Shown: positions 7,479 to 15,544, numbered from the stretch's first letter. The stretch is DNA of 19,964 nt from Candidatus Iainarchaeum sp. (GCA_937968065.1 CALBUD010000001.1:1-19964); one strand, 5' to 3'. A program made the numbers and translations. The notes: generated by a model not told the origin, from the sequence alone.

Positions 7479-7958
7479 TTGAAAATTCAAATAAAATATT
7501 TAATAGGTTTCTTTTCAATTTTTTTATTATTATTTGTAACAAGTAATATTTATGCATATAACGATCAATCAATAAGAATTGAAATGGTAAATACTGTAAG
7601 ATCTGGTGCTAATTTTAATGTTCAATTTATAGTTGAAGGAGGAACCAGAAACTTTGATTATAATGTTTACTCTCCTGCTGGTGGAAGTTCTATAGCTAAT
7701 GGATCAGGATCTGGAACCAAAACAGTACAAATAAATGCAACTGACTTTGAACCTTCTGCAAACCCATACCTTATAAGAGCAAAACTTAAAGATATTGACG
7801 ATAATCCTTCAAATGACATCTATTATAAATATTTCACAGTCATAAGATCAGAAGATAAAACACCTGTAAGTGACTTACCTTTATTTTCAGGAATTTTTAT
7901 TGCTTTAATAGCTGTTGCATTTATATCTTTTAGAAATTCTAAAACTAAAAAAAAATGA
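7479..7958 (+). CDS. small secreted/surface protein with N-terminal signal peptide and C-terminal tripartite anchor or sorting-signal-like tail
   Basis: TTG start with a strong SD. The N-terminus is MKIQIKYLIGFFSIFLLLFVTSNIYAY. A roughly 100-aa beta-rich core follows. The C-terminus is PLFSG-IFIALIAVAFISF-RNSKTKKK: a short motif, then a hydrophobic helix, then a basic tail. Confidence 0.6.
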   Translation: MKIQIKYLIGFFSIFLLLFVTSNIYAYNDQSIRIEMVNTVRSGANFNVQFIVEGGTRNFDYNVYSPAGGSSIANGSGSGTKTVQINATDFEPSANPYLIRAKLKDIDDNPSNDIYYKYFTVIRSEDKTPVSDLPLFSGIFIALIAVAFISFRNSKTKKK

Positions 7959-7964
7959 GAATGA

Positions 7965-8894
7965 ATGGAAAATCAAACAAAAGAATATGACTTAGATATT
8001 TTAAAAAAAGCAGGAAAACTAAATTTTAAAACTCAAAAATTTGCACAAAAAATAATAAAGGTTGGTTGTGATCTTTCAAAAATAGGTCTTGAGATAGATA
8101 AGTTTATTTTAGATAACGATGCTGTTCCTGCCTGGCCTGTTAATCTTTCAATAAATAATGAAGCTGCTCACAACACCTATGATCTTGAAAACTCTGTTTT
8201 TTTAAAAGAAGATGATATTTTAAAAGTAGATGTTGGAGTTTCAATAAATGGAAATATTGCAGATTCAGCTCAAACAATTATTTTTAATAAAAAACATCAA
8301 GATTTAAAAGATGCAAGTTTAAATGCTCTCTTATCTGTTAAAAAAAAAATATTAGAAGATTATAAATCTTTAAAAATATCAGATATTGGAAAAATAATAG
8401 AAACTGAAATTAAAAAAAAAGGTTTTCTTCCTGTTTCAAATCTTACAGGACATGCTATTGAAAGATATAAGCCTCATGCCTCTCCTTCTTTTCCAAATGT
8501 TTCAAACAACATAAATATTTTTCTAAAAGATATTAACCTTCCTTTTGCAATAGAACCTTTTGCATCAACAGGAACTGGTTTTGTAAATGAATCTGAAAAA
8601 GTAATCATCTTTGAACATGTAGAAGATAGACCTGTAAGAAACAAAGATGCAAAAAACATTTTAGAAGAAATTAAAAAATATAATGGTATGCCTTTTTCAG
8701 AATACTGGATAGGAAAATCATTATCCACTTTTCAAAGAAGATTTGCTTTAAGAGAGCTTTTAAAAAATGAAATTATTTCAAGCTATCCAGTCTTAATAGA
8801 TGTTAAAGATAGTTTTATCTCTCAAGCAGAAACAACCTTTATAATTGATGAAAAAGAAGGTGCTTTAGATTTGGTGAATATTGATGAATTATAA
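7965..8894 (+). CDS. map: methionine aminopeptidase, type 2 (archaeal M24 family)
   Basis: All five metal-ligand contexts are present in order: LKVDVG, NIADSAQT, LTGHAIERYK, FAIEPFAS, SQAETTFII. PAWPVNLSINNEAAHNT matches the archaeal MAP pattern. Confidence 0.9.
   Translation: MENQTKEYDLDILKKAGKLNFKTQKFAQKIIKVGCDLSKIGLEIDKFILDNDAVPAWPVNLSINNEAAHNTYDLENSVFLKEDDILKVDVGVSINGNIADSAQTIIFNKKHQDLKDASLNALLSVKKKILEDYKSLKISDIGKIIETEIKKKGFLPVSNLTGHAIERYKPHASPSFPNVSNNINIFLKDINLPFAIEPFASTGTGFVNESEKVIIFEHVEDRPVRNKDAKNILEEIKKYNGMPFSEYWIGKSLSTFQRRFALRELLKNEIISSYPVLIDVKDSFISQAETTFIIDEKEGALDLVNIDEL
8873..8877 (+). promoter_or_regulatory. Shine-Dalgarno-like GGTGA inside the map 3-prime end, 6 nt upstream of ATG 8884
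   Basis: Read directly. It implies translational coupling, with an 11-nt overlap between map and the next gene. Confidence 0.45.
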
Positions 8895-9858
8895 AGAAGT
8901 TTTTAATAAAAGAGGACTTTTAAAAATGTCTTTAATATCTGCATCAATAATTATGTGGATGTTTTTTTATACTTCTTCAAATATTTCAATTAACTCAATA
9001 ATCATCTTTGATCTTCCAAGAATAGTCACAACCATTTTAACTCTAGACTTTTTGTTTTTTCTTTTATTTTTTCCAATAACCACAGCAATTTGTATAGCCT
9101 TGTCTGTCGGAAAAGACAAACATGTTGATCTTTTAGAGATATTTTTAGGTATAACTGTTGGTTTTTTAGCCTCTTTTTTATTATTTACATTCTCATCTAA
9201 CTTTTTATTATTTGCAATGTTTTATCTAGTATCTCATCTTATCTTATCTATTCTAACTTATAATAAATTTAAAGATAGAGGTAATCTTACAACTCTTGCA
9301 AATTTTGCAAATTCAAAAATAGTTCTTTTAATATGTCTTTCTTTGTTTTTAACAGTTTTTTTAATAATTCTTCCAAATCAAGCAAGCTATTCTGAAAAAA
9401 TGAAAGTTGGTCTTGTAAATCTTTTTGTTGGAGATGATATTAGTAATTGGCTTGGCACTTCATATAGCATAAGTAAAGCAAGCACAGTTTCTGCTGTAAA
9501 CTTTATAACAGAGAAAGAAGAATACCAAAGATTAAAAAACATACAGAATACAGATGTTTATAATTATATAGATTTTATGGAAGATTTAAAAAAAGAGGTT
9601 TCTGAAAAAACCTCAAAAGAAGAAATTCAAAGAATATATGCAAATCTTGATTCTTTAGAAGTTAAAAATAATATTTATCATACAATTTCAAATATGCCTT
9701 TAATGATTGTCTTTAATCAATTTTTTGCATTGTTTTATGCAATTATTTTTGCAACAGTTGCACAATTATATCTTTCAATTGCCTTTTCTTTAATAGGACT
9801 TTTATATGTTTATATTTTCTTTAGAGTTTTTTATGGAAAAAAAGAAAAAGAGGATTAA
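8884..9858 (+). CDS. hypothetical polytopic membrane protein (N-terminal TM bundle, about 100-aa soluble loop, two C-terminal TMs)
   Basis: The track ORF starts at TTG 8881; I prefer ATG 8884 on SD spacing. Hydrophobic segments occupy the first ~170 aa and the last ~55 aa. No GxGD or other catalytic motif seen. Confidence 0.6.
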   Translation: MNYKEVFNKRGLLKMSLISASIIMWMFFYTSSNISINSIIIFDLPRIVTTILTLDFLFFLLFFPITTAICIALSVGKDKHVDLLEIFLGITVGFLASFLLFTFSSNFLLFAMFYLVSHLILSILTYNKFKDRGNLTTLANFANSKIVLLICLSLFLTVFLIILPNQASYSEKMKVGLVNLFVGDDISNWLGTSYSISKASTVSAVNFITEKEEYQRLKNIQNTDVYNYIDFMEDLKKEVSEKTSKEEIQRIYANLDSLEVKNNIYHTISNMPLMIVFNQFFALFYAIIFATVAQLYLSIAFSLIGLLYVYIFFRVFYGKKEKED

Positions 9859-9871
9859 AAAAAGATTATAT

Positions 9872-11182
9872 ATGAAAAAAATATTTTTAATTATTGGCTT
9901 TTTAATTTTACTATCTTCTCAAATATTCTCTTTATCTTTATTTGGTGCTCAAGATATTTCAAAAAAATATCTTTCAGAAAATGAAATGATAGATACTTTT
10001 ACACAACCAAAAATATCTTGTGAAAATCAAGATTATTTTGTAATACCAATAATTAATTCTTTAGGAGAACCTGTTCTATTTATTCCAATTTCTATAAAAG
10101 ATTCAGAACTTTATATAAGTAAAACAGATTCATTTAACATAAAGCTTATAAAAACTGAATATCTTTTAAAAGAACTCATAAATTCTGATCCAAATAACTA
10201 TTTATCTTCTCAATTAATAGATAGGTTTGATTCTTTAATAAATGTTCTCAATTCTAAAAAGGCACAACTTGAAGGTCTTTCAAACAAAGGATATTCTTTT
10301 GATGTAAATGATAAATTAACGATAACTACAAACAATTTAGATAATTTAATTTCTTCTTTAACTATTTTAAGAGAGAATCTAAATCAATTAATAATAAATC
10401 AAAATTCTTTTTTATTTTCTCCTGATTGTGATGACACCTCTTCTCTTTTAGTTTCTTTTGAAGATTCTTTTAAAGGATATAATGAACTTTCACAAATATC
10501 TCAAAATTATCTTCAATCAACAGATCAATTAATAACAGCAATTGTTTCTGATGAATCAATACCTTCTCAGGACACTTCAAGTATTATCTCAATAGCATCA
10601 GCTCCTCAAAATATAACTTCTCAAATAAACTATATTTCTGAAAGATTATCTTCTACAAGTTCTTTTTATTTAAAAATATCAAATAACCTTAAAGGTTCTT
10701 TAGGAGATCAAAAAATAAAAATACATGTTGATAATTTAGTTTTAAGAAAAAATTATGTAATTTTAAAAGATCTTTATGAAAAATATGATTCTTCTTTTCC
10801 AAACTATAGCAACTTAGAGGCTGTTATTCAAACAATTTTAAATCCAGAATATAGATTTTACTGGAAAGAGATAGAAGAAGTAAATAATATTCAATCTTTG
10901 TATAACGATATTAAAGAACATTCTCAAAAAGCTCAATATTCTCAAGCAATTTCAAAAACATCTATTTTAAAAACAAAATCTTTAAAAGTTTTAGAAGCTG
11001 GTTTCAATGATCAAGAAACAGAAACTGATTGGTTTTATTATATTTCTATTGGAGTTATAATTATTATTTTAATTATCTTTTTAATAATTTTAAGAAAAAG
11101 AGGGTTTTCTAAAAAAAAGTTTTCAAAGAAAAAAACTTCTAAAAAAGAAACTGATGTTTTTAATTTTGAAGATCCTTTTTAA
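9872..11182 (+). CDS. large secreted type I membrane protein (signal peptide, S/N/L-rich helical ectodomain, C-terminal TM, basic FSKKK-repeat tail)
   Basis: The track ORF opens at 9806 and overlaps the previous gene. The in-frame ATG 9872 gives a classic signal peptide, MKKIFLIIGFLILLSSQIFSLSLFGAQD. The C-terminal TM is WFYYISIGVIIIILIIFLIIL, followed by RKRGFSKKKFSKKKTSKKE. Confidence 0.6.
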   Translation: MKKIFLIIGFLILLSSQIFSLSLFGAQDISKKYLSENEMIDTFTQPKISCENQDYFVIPIINSLGEPVLFIPISIKDSELYISKTDSFNIKLIKTEYLLKELINSDPNNYLSSQLIDRFDSLINVLNSKKAQLEGLSNKGYSFDVNDKLTITTNNLDNLISSLTILRENLNQLIINQNSFLFSPDCDDTSSLLVSFEDSFKGYNELSQISQNYLQSTDQLITAIVSDESIPSQDTSSIISIASAPQNITSQINYISERLSSTSSFYLKISNNLKGSLGDQKIKIHVDNLVLRKNYVILKDLYEKYDSSFPNYSNLEAVIQTILNPEYRFYWKEIEEVNNIQSLYNDIKEHSQKAQYSQAISKTSILKTKSLKVLEAGFNDQETETDWFYYISIGVIIIILIIFLIILRKRGFSKKKFSKKKTSKKETDVFNFEDPF

Positions 11183-13182
11183 TTTTTAAAATTTTCTTTT
11201 TGTTTATAATCTCTTAAAAATTTATTAAACTCAACATAATCTTTTGGAACTTTTTCAACAAGTTCTAAAATAAATTTAGTTCTGTTTAATATTATTTCAG
11301 ACATTCTTACTTTTGATATGTTATGTTCAGTACAAATTTCTTTTAAAACATCACTATTATAAACAATTGGAAGTTCTTTTGTAAAAAGATCACTTTGAGA
11401 GGTTACGCTTTTTTCTTTAAATTTATCTATTGATTTATAAATAACATTATATTCTATTTTATTATCTTTTTTATTAAATCCTTTAATCTCATCAATTTCT
11501 TTTATTTCTCTTTTATTTTCACCAATACCTGCAAAACCAGTTACAACAACAATATCAAGACTTGTTAAAAGTGAAGGATCTAAAGAGATTGGTGGTGTTG
11601 TTATTCTTGTAATTAAACTTTCTGTACTCTTTGAGTGAACTGTAGATAAAGAAGAGTGACCAGAAGCCATACCCTGAAACATTAAAGACATTTCTTCTCC
11701 TCTAACTTCACCAATGATTAAATAATCAGGTCTTTGTCTGAATGATTCTTTTAAAAGATCATTCATTGTTATTTCACCATATTTTTTTCCTGTACTATCA
11801 GGTGGTCCAAAACCAGGTCTTGTTATTTGTGGAATCCAATTTTCAAGTAAAAGATTAATTTCTCTTGTGTCTTCAATTGATACAACTCTTTGTGCTTCTG
11901 GGATAAAAGAAGAAATTACATTTAAAAGTGTTGTTTTTCCACCAGCTGTAGGCCCTATAAGAACCATATTTTTTTTAAACTCAATTAATGTCCAAAGATA
12001 TGCAACAATCTCTGGTGTTACAGTTTCTGATTTTATAAGATCAACTGTGGTTAAAGGTTTTTGAGGAAACTTTCTAATTGTAAATGTAGGTCCTCTAGTT
12101 GAAACATTTGAAGTTAAAGTTGCATTTACACGAGAACCATCTGGTAAAATAGCATCTAAAAGAGGAGAGGCATATGAAACATAACTTTTACAAAGATGTG
12201 CTATTTTTATAACAAATTGTTGAAGTTCATTTTCTGTATTAATAGATATATTTGTAACTATGTGTCCATATTTTCTATGAACTATAAAAATAGGTATACC
12301 TATACCATCACACTCAATATCTTCAATTAATGGATCATGCATTAATGGTTCTATCTTATCAAGTCCACTTACCTGTCTCATTATATAATATACTATTTTT
12401 TCTTTTTTTTCTTTATCAAGTTTTACTTTATTTTTTGTAAATATTTTTTCAATTAAAGTATACATTTGATTTTCATCATTAAGGTCTGATAATGAGATTT
12501 TATTTATTAAAGTATCTCTAGTATTTTTTAAAACTTGTTCTTCTTCTTTTGTAAGTTCTGGTTCTGCAACAACATATGTTCTTCCATTATTATTTTCTTT
12601 TATGAAAGCATATGCAAAACCATGTATAAGCACTTGATAATTTTCAGGAAGTAGTTCTTTTGGAGGTTCAAAAACAGGTTTCGCAATTTCTAAAGATTCT
12701 TTTTTAGCTATTTTGTTTAATTCTTTTTTATCTTCTTTAAATGTAAAAATTTTTGAGAAAATACTTGCTCTGTCTTTTTTAACAACTTTTGAAACAGGTT
12801 TTTCTTTTCTTTCTTCAATTACAGGTTCTATTTTCTTTTCAATAACTTTTTCTTTAACTTTAGTTGGTTTTTTAGAAAATAGTTTTTTAAAGAAAGAAGG
12901 CTTTTTAATTTTATAAATAGGTATTTTTTTAAAATCTAGTTCTTTTGAAAATTCAGATAATAGGTTATTTAACTCTATAAATTCTAATATTTCTTTTTGA
13001 TTTTTCTTTTTAAAATTAGAGTATAATTTTTTTTCTTTAAGTTTTAAAATAGCGTCTTTTTTAGAAATTTTTCCTAATAAAAAATTTGAAATAATTTTTT
13101 CTTCTTCTTTATCTTCTTCAATTTTTTGAAGTATTTCTATTTTATTTGTTATTTCTTTTGTTTTTAAAGAAGAAAAAATCAT
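11179..13182 (-). CDS. type II/IV secretion-family ATPase (archaeal FlaI/ArlI / PilB-like type IV filament assembly ATPase) with long N-terminal extension
   Basis: Walker A GPTAGGKTT (nt 11929..11955), Asp box RVVSIEDTREI, Walker B PDYLIIGEVRGEE, His box SGHSSLSTVHS. The N-terminal domain pattern YVVAEPELTKEE is typical of archaeal members. Residues 1-177 are K/E-rich and have no counterpart in the canonical family. Confidence 0.9.
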   Translation of the reverse strand: MIFSSLKTKEITNKIEILQKIEEDKEEEKIISNFLLGKISKKDAILKLKEKKLYSNFKKKNQKEILEFIELNNLLSEFSKELDFKKIPIYKIKKPSFFKKLFSKKPTKVKEKVIEKKIEPVIEERKEKPVSKVVKKDRASIFSKIFTFKEDKKELNKIAKKESLEIAKPVFEPPKELLPENYQVLIHGFAYAFIKENNNGRTYVVAEPELTKEEEQVLKNTRDTLINKISLSDLNDENQMYTLIEKIFTKNKVKLDKEKKEKIVYYIMRQVSGLDKIEPLMHDPLIEDIECDGIGIPIFIVHRKYGHIVTNISINTENELQQFVIKIAHLCKSYVSYASPLLDAILPDGSRVNATLTSNVSTRGPTFTIRKFPQKPLTTVDLIKSETVTPEIVAYLWTLIEFKKNMVLIGPTAGGKTTLLNVISSFIPEAQRVVSIEDTREINLLLENWIPQITRPGFGPPDSTGKKYGEITMNDLLKESFRQRPDYLIIGEVRGEEMSLMFQGMASGHSSLSTVHSKSTESLITRITTPPISLDPSLLTSLDIVVVTGFAGIGENKREIKEIDEIKGFNKKDNKIEYNVIYKSIDKFKEKSVTSQSDLFTKELPIVYNSDVLKEICTEHNISKVRMSEIILNRTKFILELVEKVPKDYVEFNKFLRDYKQKENFKN

Positions 13183-13206
13183 ATTTCATCAATATTCCCT
13201 ATAAAA

Positions 13207-13554
13207 TCAATTTTTTTCTTTTATTTCAGCACTATTATCTAGTTCTGTTTTTTTATTATAAAGATCTTTTAGGATATTAAGTTTATCACTTACATCGTTA
13301 ATCATATCTGCAATCTCATTCCAAATAATTTTTCTTTGATTTGTATTATATTCAAGATTTTTTTGATTAACTTCTTGTAAAGTTGCATAAGTAAATTTTG
13401 TAATTTCTTCTTTTTCAAGTTTATCTTTAGTTTTTTTAATTTCTTGTGAAATTGTTTCTTTGTGTTCCTCAAGAGCTCTTAAAATCTCTAACTTTGCCAC
13501 TATAGAATTACAATTTGTTGAAATTGTACCAATATTTTCTTTTATTTCGTTCAT
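13207..13554 (-). CDS. hypothetical small soluble coiled-coil protein immediately upstream of the ATPase
   Basis: 115 aa. ATG lies 8 nt downstream of AGGTG (plus-strand 13563..13567). Heptad-like charged sequence with no TM and no Walker motif. A 24-nt gap separates it from the ATPase start. Confidence 0.55.
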   Translation of the reverse strand: MNEIKENIGTISTNCNSIVAKLEILRALEEHKETISQEIKKTKDKLEKEEITKFTYATLQEVNQKNLEYNTNQRKIIWNEIADMINDVSDKLNILKDLYNKKTELDNSAEIKEKN

Positions 13555-13562
13555 ATTTTTAA

Positions 13563-13567
13563 CACCT
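13563..13567 (-). promoter_or_regulatory. Shine-Dalgarno-like AGGTG for the 115-aa gene
   Basis: Plus-strand cacct, which reads AGGTG on the minus strand, 8 nt before ATG 13554. Confidence 0.5.
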
Positions 13568-13635
13568 TCTAAATAATTTTCATAAATATATTATAAATTA
13601 TTAGTTCGTTTACTTTATAAAGCTTTCTTTTTTAA

Positions 13636-14097
13636 TTATTGTGTGTGTACCATTTTTTCTTTATTGTTGTATATCTCTATATAGTATTTAAGATTTTCAG
13701 CTCTTAAAATTTCAAAAAAACATTCCCCAAAACTAATATCTTCAAAAACATCATCTTCAGAAAGAGTAATTGTATTATTATCTTCTATGATGTCATAATC
13801 TTCTTTAAGATAATTACTTAGATAATAATTTTCTTCTCCGTCATAAACCACAACACAGATTTTACTACTATAGTTATTTGATTTAATATAATCTACAAAA
13901 GAAGAATTTAAAAGATCTAAACTTTCTTCAGAAAGCTCATTTTCAACTAAATATTTTATTTCATTTTTATAATTATTAATTATTTTTTGAGCTTTGTTTT
14001 CTTGAAAGTTAATATTTTTTGAAAGTAAGAATAACATTGTTGTAAATATCATTATAAAGATAACAATTATAATATATGTAAATCCTTTTTCTTTCAT
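13636..14097 (-). CDS. type IV pilin-like / FlaF-FlaG-like small protein with class III signal-peptide-like N-terminus
   Basis: The track ORF starts at TTG 14118. The in-frame ATG 14097 lies 4 nt downstream of AGTGA (14102..14106) and gives MKEKG-FTYIIIVIFIMIFTTMLFLL: a short basic leader, then K-G, then a hydrophobic helix, resembling the prepilin G/FT(L)I motif. The remainder is soluble and beta-rich. Confidence 0.6.
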   Translation of the reverse strand: MKEKGFTYIIIVIFIMIFTTMLFLLSKNINFQENKAQKIINNYKNEIKYLVENELSEESLDLLNSSFVDYIKSNNYSSKICVVVYDGEENYYLSNYLKEDYDIIEDNNTITLSEDDVFEDISFGECFFEILRAENLKYYIEIYNNKEKMVHTQ

Positions 14098-14101
14098 TTT
14101 T

Positions 14102-14106
14102 TCACT
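14102..14106 (-). promoter_or_regulatory. Shine-Dalgarno-like AGTGA for the pilin-like gene
   Basis: Plus-strand tcact, 4 nt before ATG 14097 on the minus strand. Confidence 0.45.
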
Positions 14107-14108
14107 TT

Positions 14109-14480
14109 TTATGTCCAAATCAATATATTTAATGTTTTATGACTATCAAAAAAATAATAGTTAACTGCATAAACAGGAAGATTTTCAGGAATTGTTTCTC
14201 CAAAAGTTAAACAATTTTCACTCTCTTCTAAAAAATCACAAAGTTTTACAGAATATTTTAAATTTATATGTGTATAAAAAGAATTATAGATTGCTTCAAC
14301 ATTATTTTCAGAAACACTCTCTCTAAAATCATTTTCTTGTGCTTTAAGATTTATAACATCATAGGTTTTATCTAAAAGTGTTTTCTCTTTATAATCATTG
14401 TAGGTATAACTATTAAATAAAACTAACATAAACAATATAAGAATCATAATAGCTATTATAGCTTCAACAGACTTTATCAT
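14109..14480 (-). CDS. small protein with pilin/FlaG-like N-terminal hydrophobic helix
   Basis: 123 aa beginning MIKSVEAIIAIMILILFMLVLF. The hydrophobic helix starts at residue 5 and carries a Glu at position 6, reminiscent of the pilin +5 Glu. There is no canonical K/R-G/A cleavage site. The soluble C-terminal domain is about 95 aa. Confidence 0.5.
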   Translation of the reverse strand: MIKSVEAIIAIMILILFMLVLFNSYTYNDYKEKTLLDKTYDVINLKAQENDFRESVSENNVEAIYNSFYTHINLKYSVKLCDFLEESENCLTFGETIPENLPVYAVNYYFFDSHKTLNILIWT

Positions 14481-14494
14481 AATTATTTCAAAAT

Positions 14495-15469
14495 TTACTT
14501 TAATAAACCATATAGCATATTTTCAACTATAGAATAATATTTAGCTTCATCATCATTTTCTATTAAATATTCTGGAGGAAGAGCATAATAGGCAACTCTA
14601 TTAGAATTACTTAAAACAATTAATGGAAAGACTCCATCAGAACCATAAGAGGTTTCTTGATCTGAAAAAAGTCTTGATCCATAATCAAGTTTTAATGGAG
14701 TTGTTATAGGTCTTAAAGTTTCAATAATTGCAAAATCATCTCTTACTTCAAGAAAACTTCTAAGTCCATAGACAATAGAATGATCTGAAGAAGGCACTAA
14801 AACTCCGTTATTTGTAACTGGCCTTTTAAATTCTAAAACTATTCCTGAATATTCAGAAACTGTTTTTTTTTCACATTCTTTAACTTCACAATAGTTTTTA
14901 AGATAGGTAACTCCTAAAAAATCATCAAATCTTATCATATAATTATCAGCATTTAATCTTGCCCATCCACTTACAAAGTTTGAATCAAAAGAACCTTCAA
15001 TATCTCCTTTTGTTAAATATTGATCACTCTGTGTTTCAAGTTCAATTCCAGCATCTCCAACCCAGACAAGTCTTCCTCCTTTAGATACATAGTTCATAAA
15101 CATTTCAAGCTTTGGAGTTGATATTTTTCTTGATCTTGTAACTATTACTAAAGCTTCACTTTTAAGTTTTTCTTCACTAAGATAATTAATATTTTCTAAC
15201 CTAACATTCATCCCAATTATCTTATTATCTTTTATTGTTTTTTCAAGAAGATATGGATTTCCAAGTCCTTCTGTATCATTAGGGTTATAGACTATAAGAA
15301 TGCTTGGTTGTTGTTTACCTGTCATTAATGTTTGAGTTCCCCAATATAAAGAACACATGCCAGGAACAGATCTACATCTCAGGGTTCCTGCCCACACCAT
15401 TAGATAAAGTAAAATAATTATTAATAACACTATTGTTATAATTTTCCAAATAAGTTTTTTTTTAATCAT
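14495..15469 (-). CDS. N-terminally anchored (or Sec-secreted) extracellular protein with two Cys pairs
   Basis: 324 aa. MIKKKLIWKIITIVLLIIILLYLMVWAG is a signal anchor or signal peptide. Cys pairs occur at TLRCRSVPGMC and NYCEVKEC. The central stretch ALVIVTRSRKISTPKLEMFMNYVSKGGRLVWVGDAG weakly resembles flavodoxin/GATase1-like stack domains; this is tentative. Confidence 0.6.
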   Translation of the reverse strand: MIKKKLIWKIITIVLLIIILLYLMVWAGTLRCRSVPGMCSLYWGTQTLMTGKQQPSILIVYNPNDTEGLGNPYLLEKTIKDNKIIGMNVRLENINYLSEEKLKSEALVIVTRSRKISTPKLEMFMNYVSKGGRLVWVGDAGIELETQSDQYLTKGDIEGSFDSNFVSGWARLNADNYMIRFDDFLGVTYLKNYCEVKECEKKTVSEYSGIVLEFKRPVTNNGVLVPSSDHSIVYGLRSFLEVRDDFAIIETLRPITTPLKLDYGSRLFSDQETSYGSDGVFPLIVLSNSNRVAYYALPPEYLIENDDEAKYYSIVENMLYGLLK

Positions 15470-15524
15470 ATTTTATCTTTCTCTTTACATAAATATTATA
15501 AGAGTAAGTTATTTAATAGTTTCC

Positions 15525-15544
15525 TATATATTAATATATATTAA
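15525..15544. promoter_or_regulatory. perfect 16-bp palindrome TATATATTAATATATA (15525..15540), also a tandem 10-mer tatatattaa x2 (15525..15544), in the divergent intergenic region
   Basis: Read directly. It lies between the divergent starts at 15469 (minus) and 15557 (plus) and is a candidate pair of back-to-back TATA boxes. Significance is limited by the AT-rich background. Confidence 0.3.

Noticed and set aside
8340-8349. Long homopolymer tracts inside coding regions (e.g. A10 in map, T9 at about 14862..14870, poly-T/A in 29..304) as phase-variation switches
   Set aside because: Such tracts are expected from the extreme AT bias and Lys/Phe-rich proteins. They occur in housekeeping genes as well, and all frames are intact.
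8884-9858. Possibility that the polytopic membrane protein is the missing PilC/FlaJ platform or a prepilin peptidase
   Set aside because: The topology (a five-TM N-terminal bundle and only one soluble loop) does not match the duplicated cytoplasmic-domain layout of T2SSF proteins. No GxGD or paired-Asp peptidase A24 motif is present. Only a profile search could rescue the idea.
9806-9871. Upstream extension of the 437-aa surface-protein ORF (MFIFSLEFFMEKKKKRIKKRLY...)
   Set aside because: It overlaps the 3-prime end of the preceding membrane-protein gene by 53 nt. It would also bury an otherwise textbook signal peptide that begins at ATG 9872. ATG 9833 remains a less likely alternative.
531-12916. 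Short overlapping ORFs in the track: 531..752(-), 3500..3688(-), 5137..5325(-), 5488..5742(-), 6799..6990(-), 8474..8728(-), 11867..12064(+), 12713..12916(+)
   Set aside because: Each is embedded antisense in a longer gene with clear family motifs or much greater length. None has an SD or a recognisable motif. They are typical shadow frames.
13207-13554. Calling the 115-aa protein FlaH/ArlH on positional grounds
   Set aside because: There is no Walker A/B or RecA-like core, and it is half the size of FlaH. Only the gene position is analogous.
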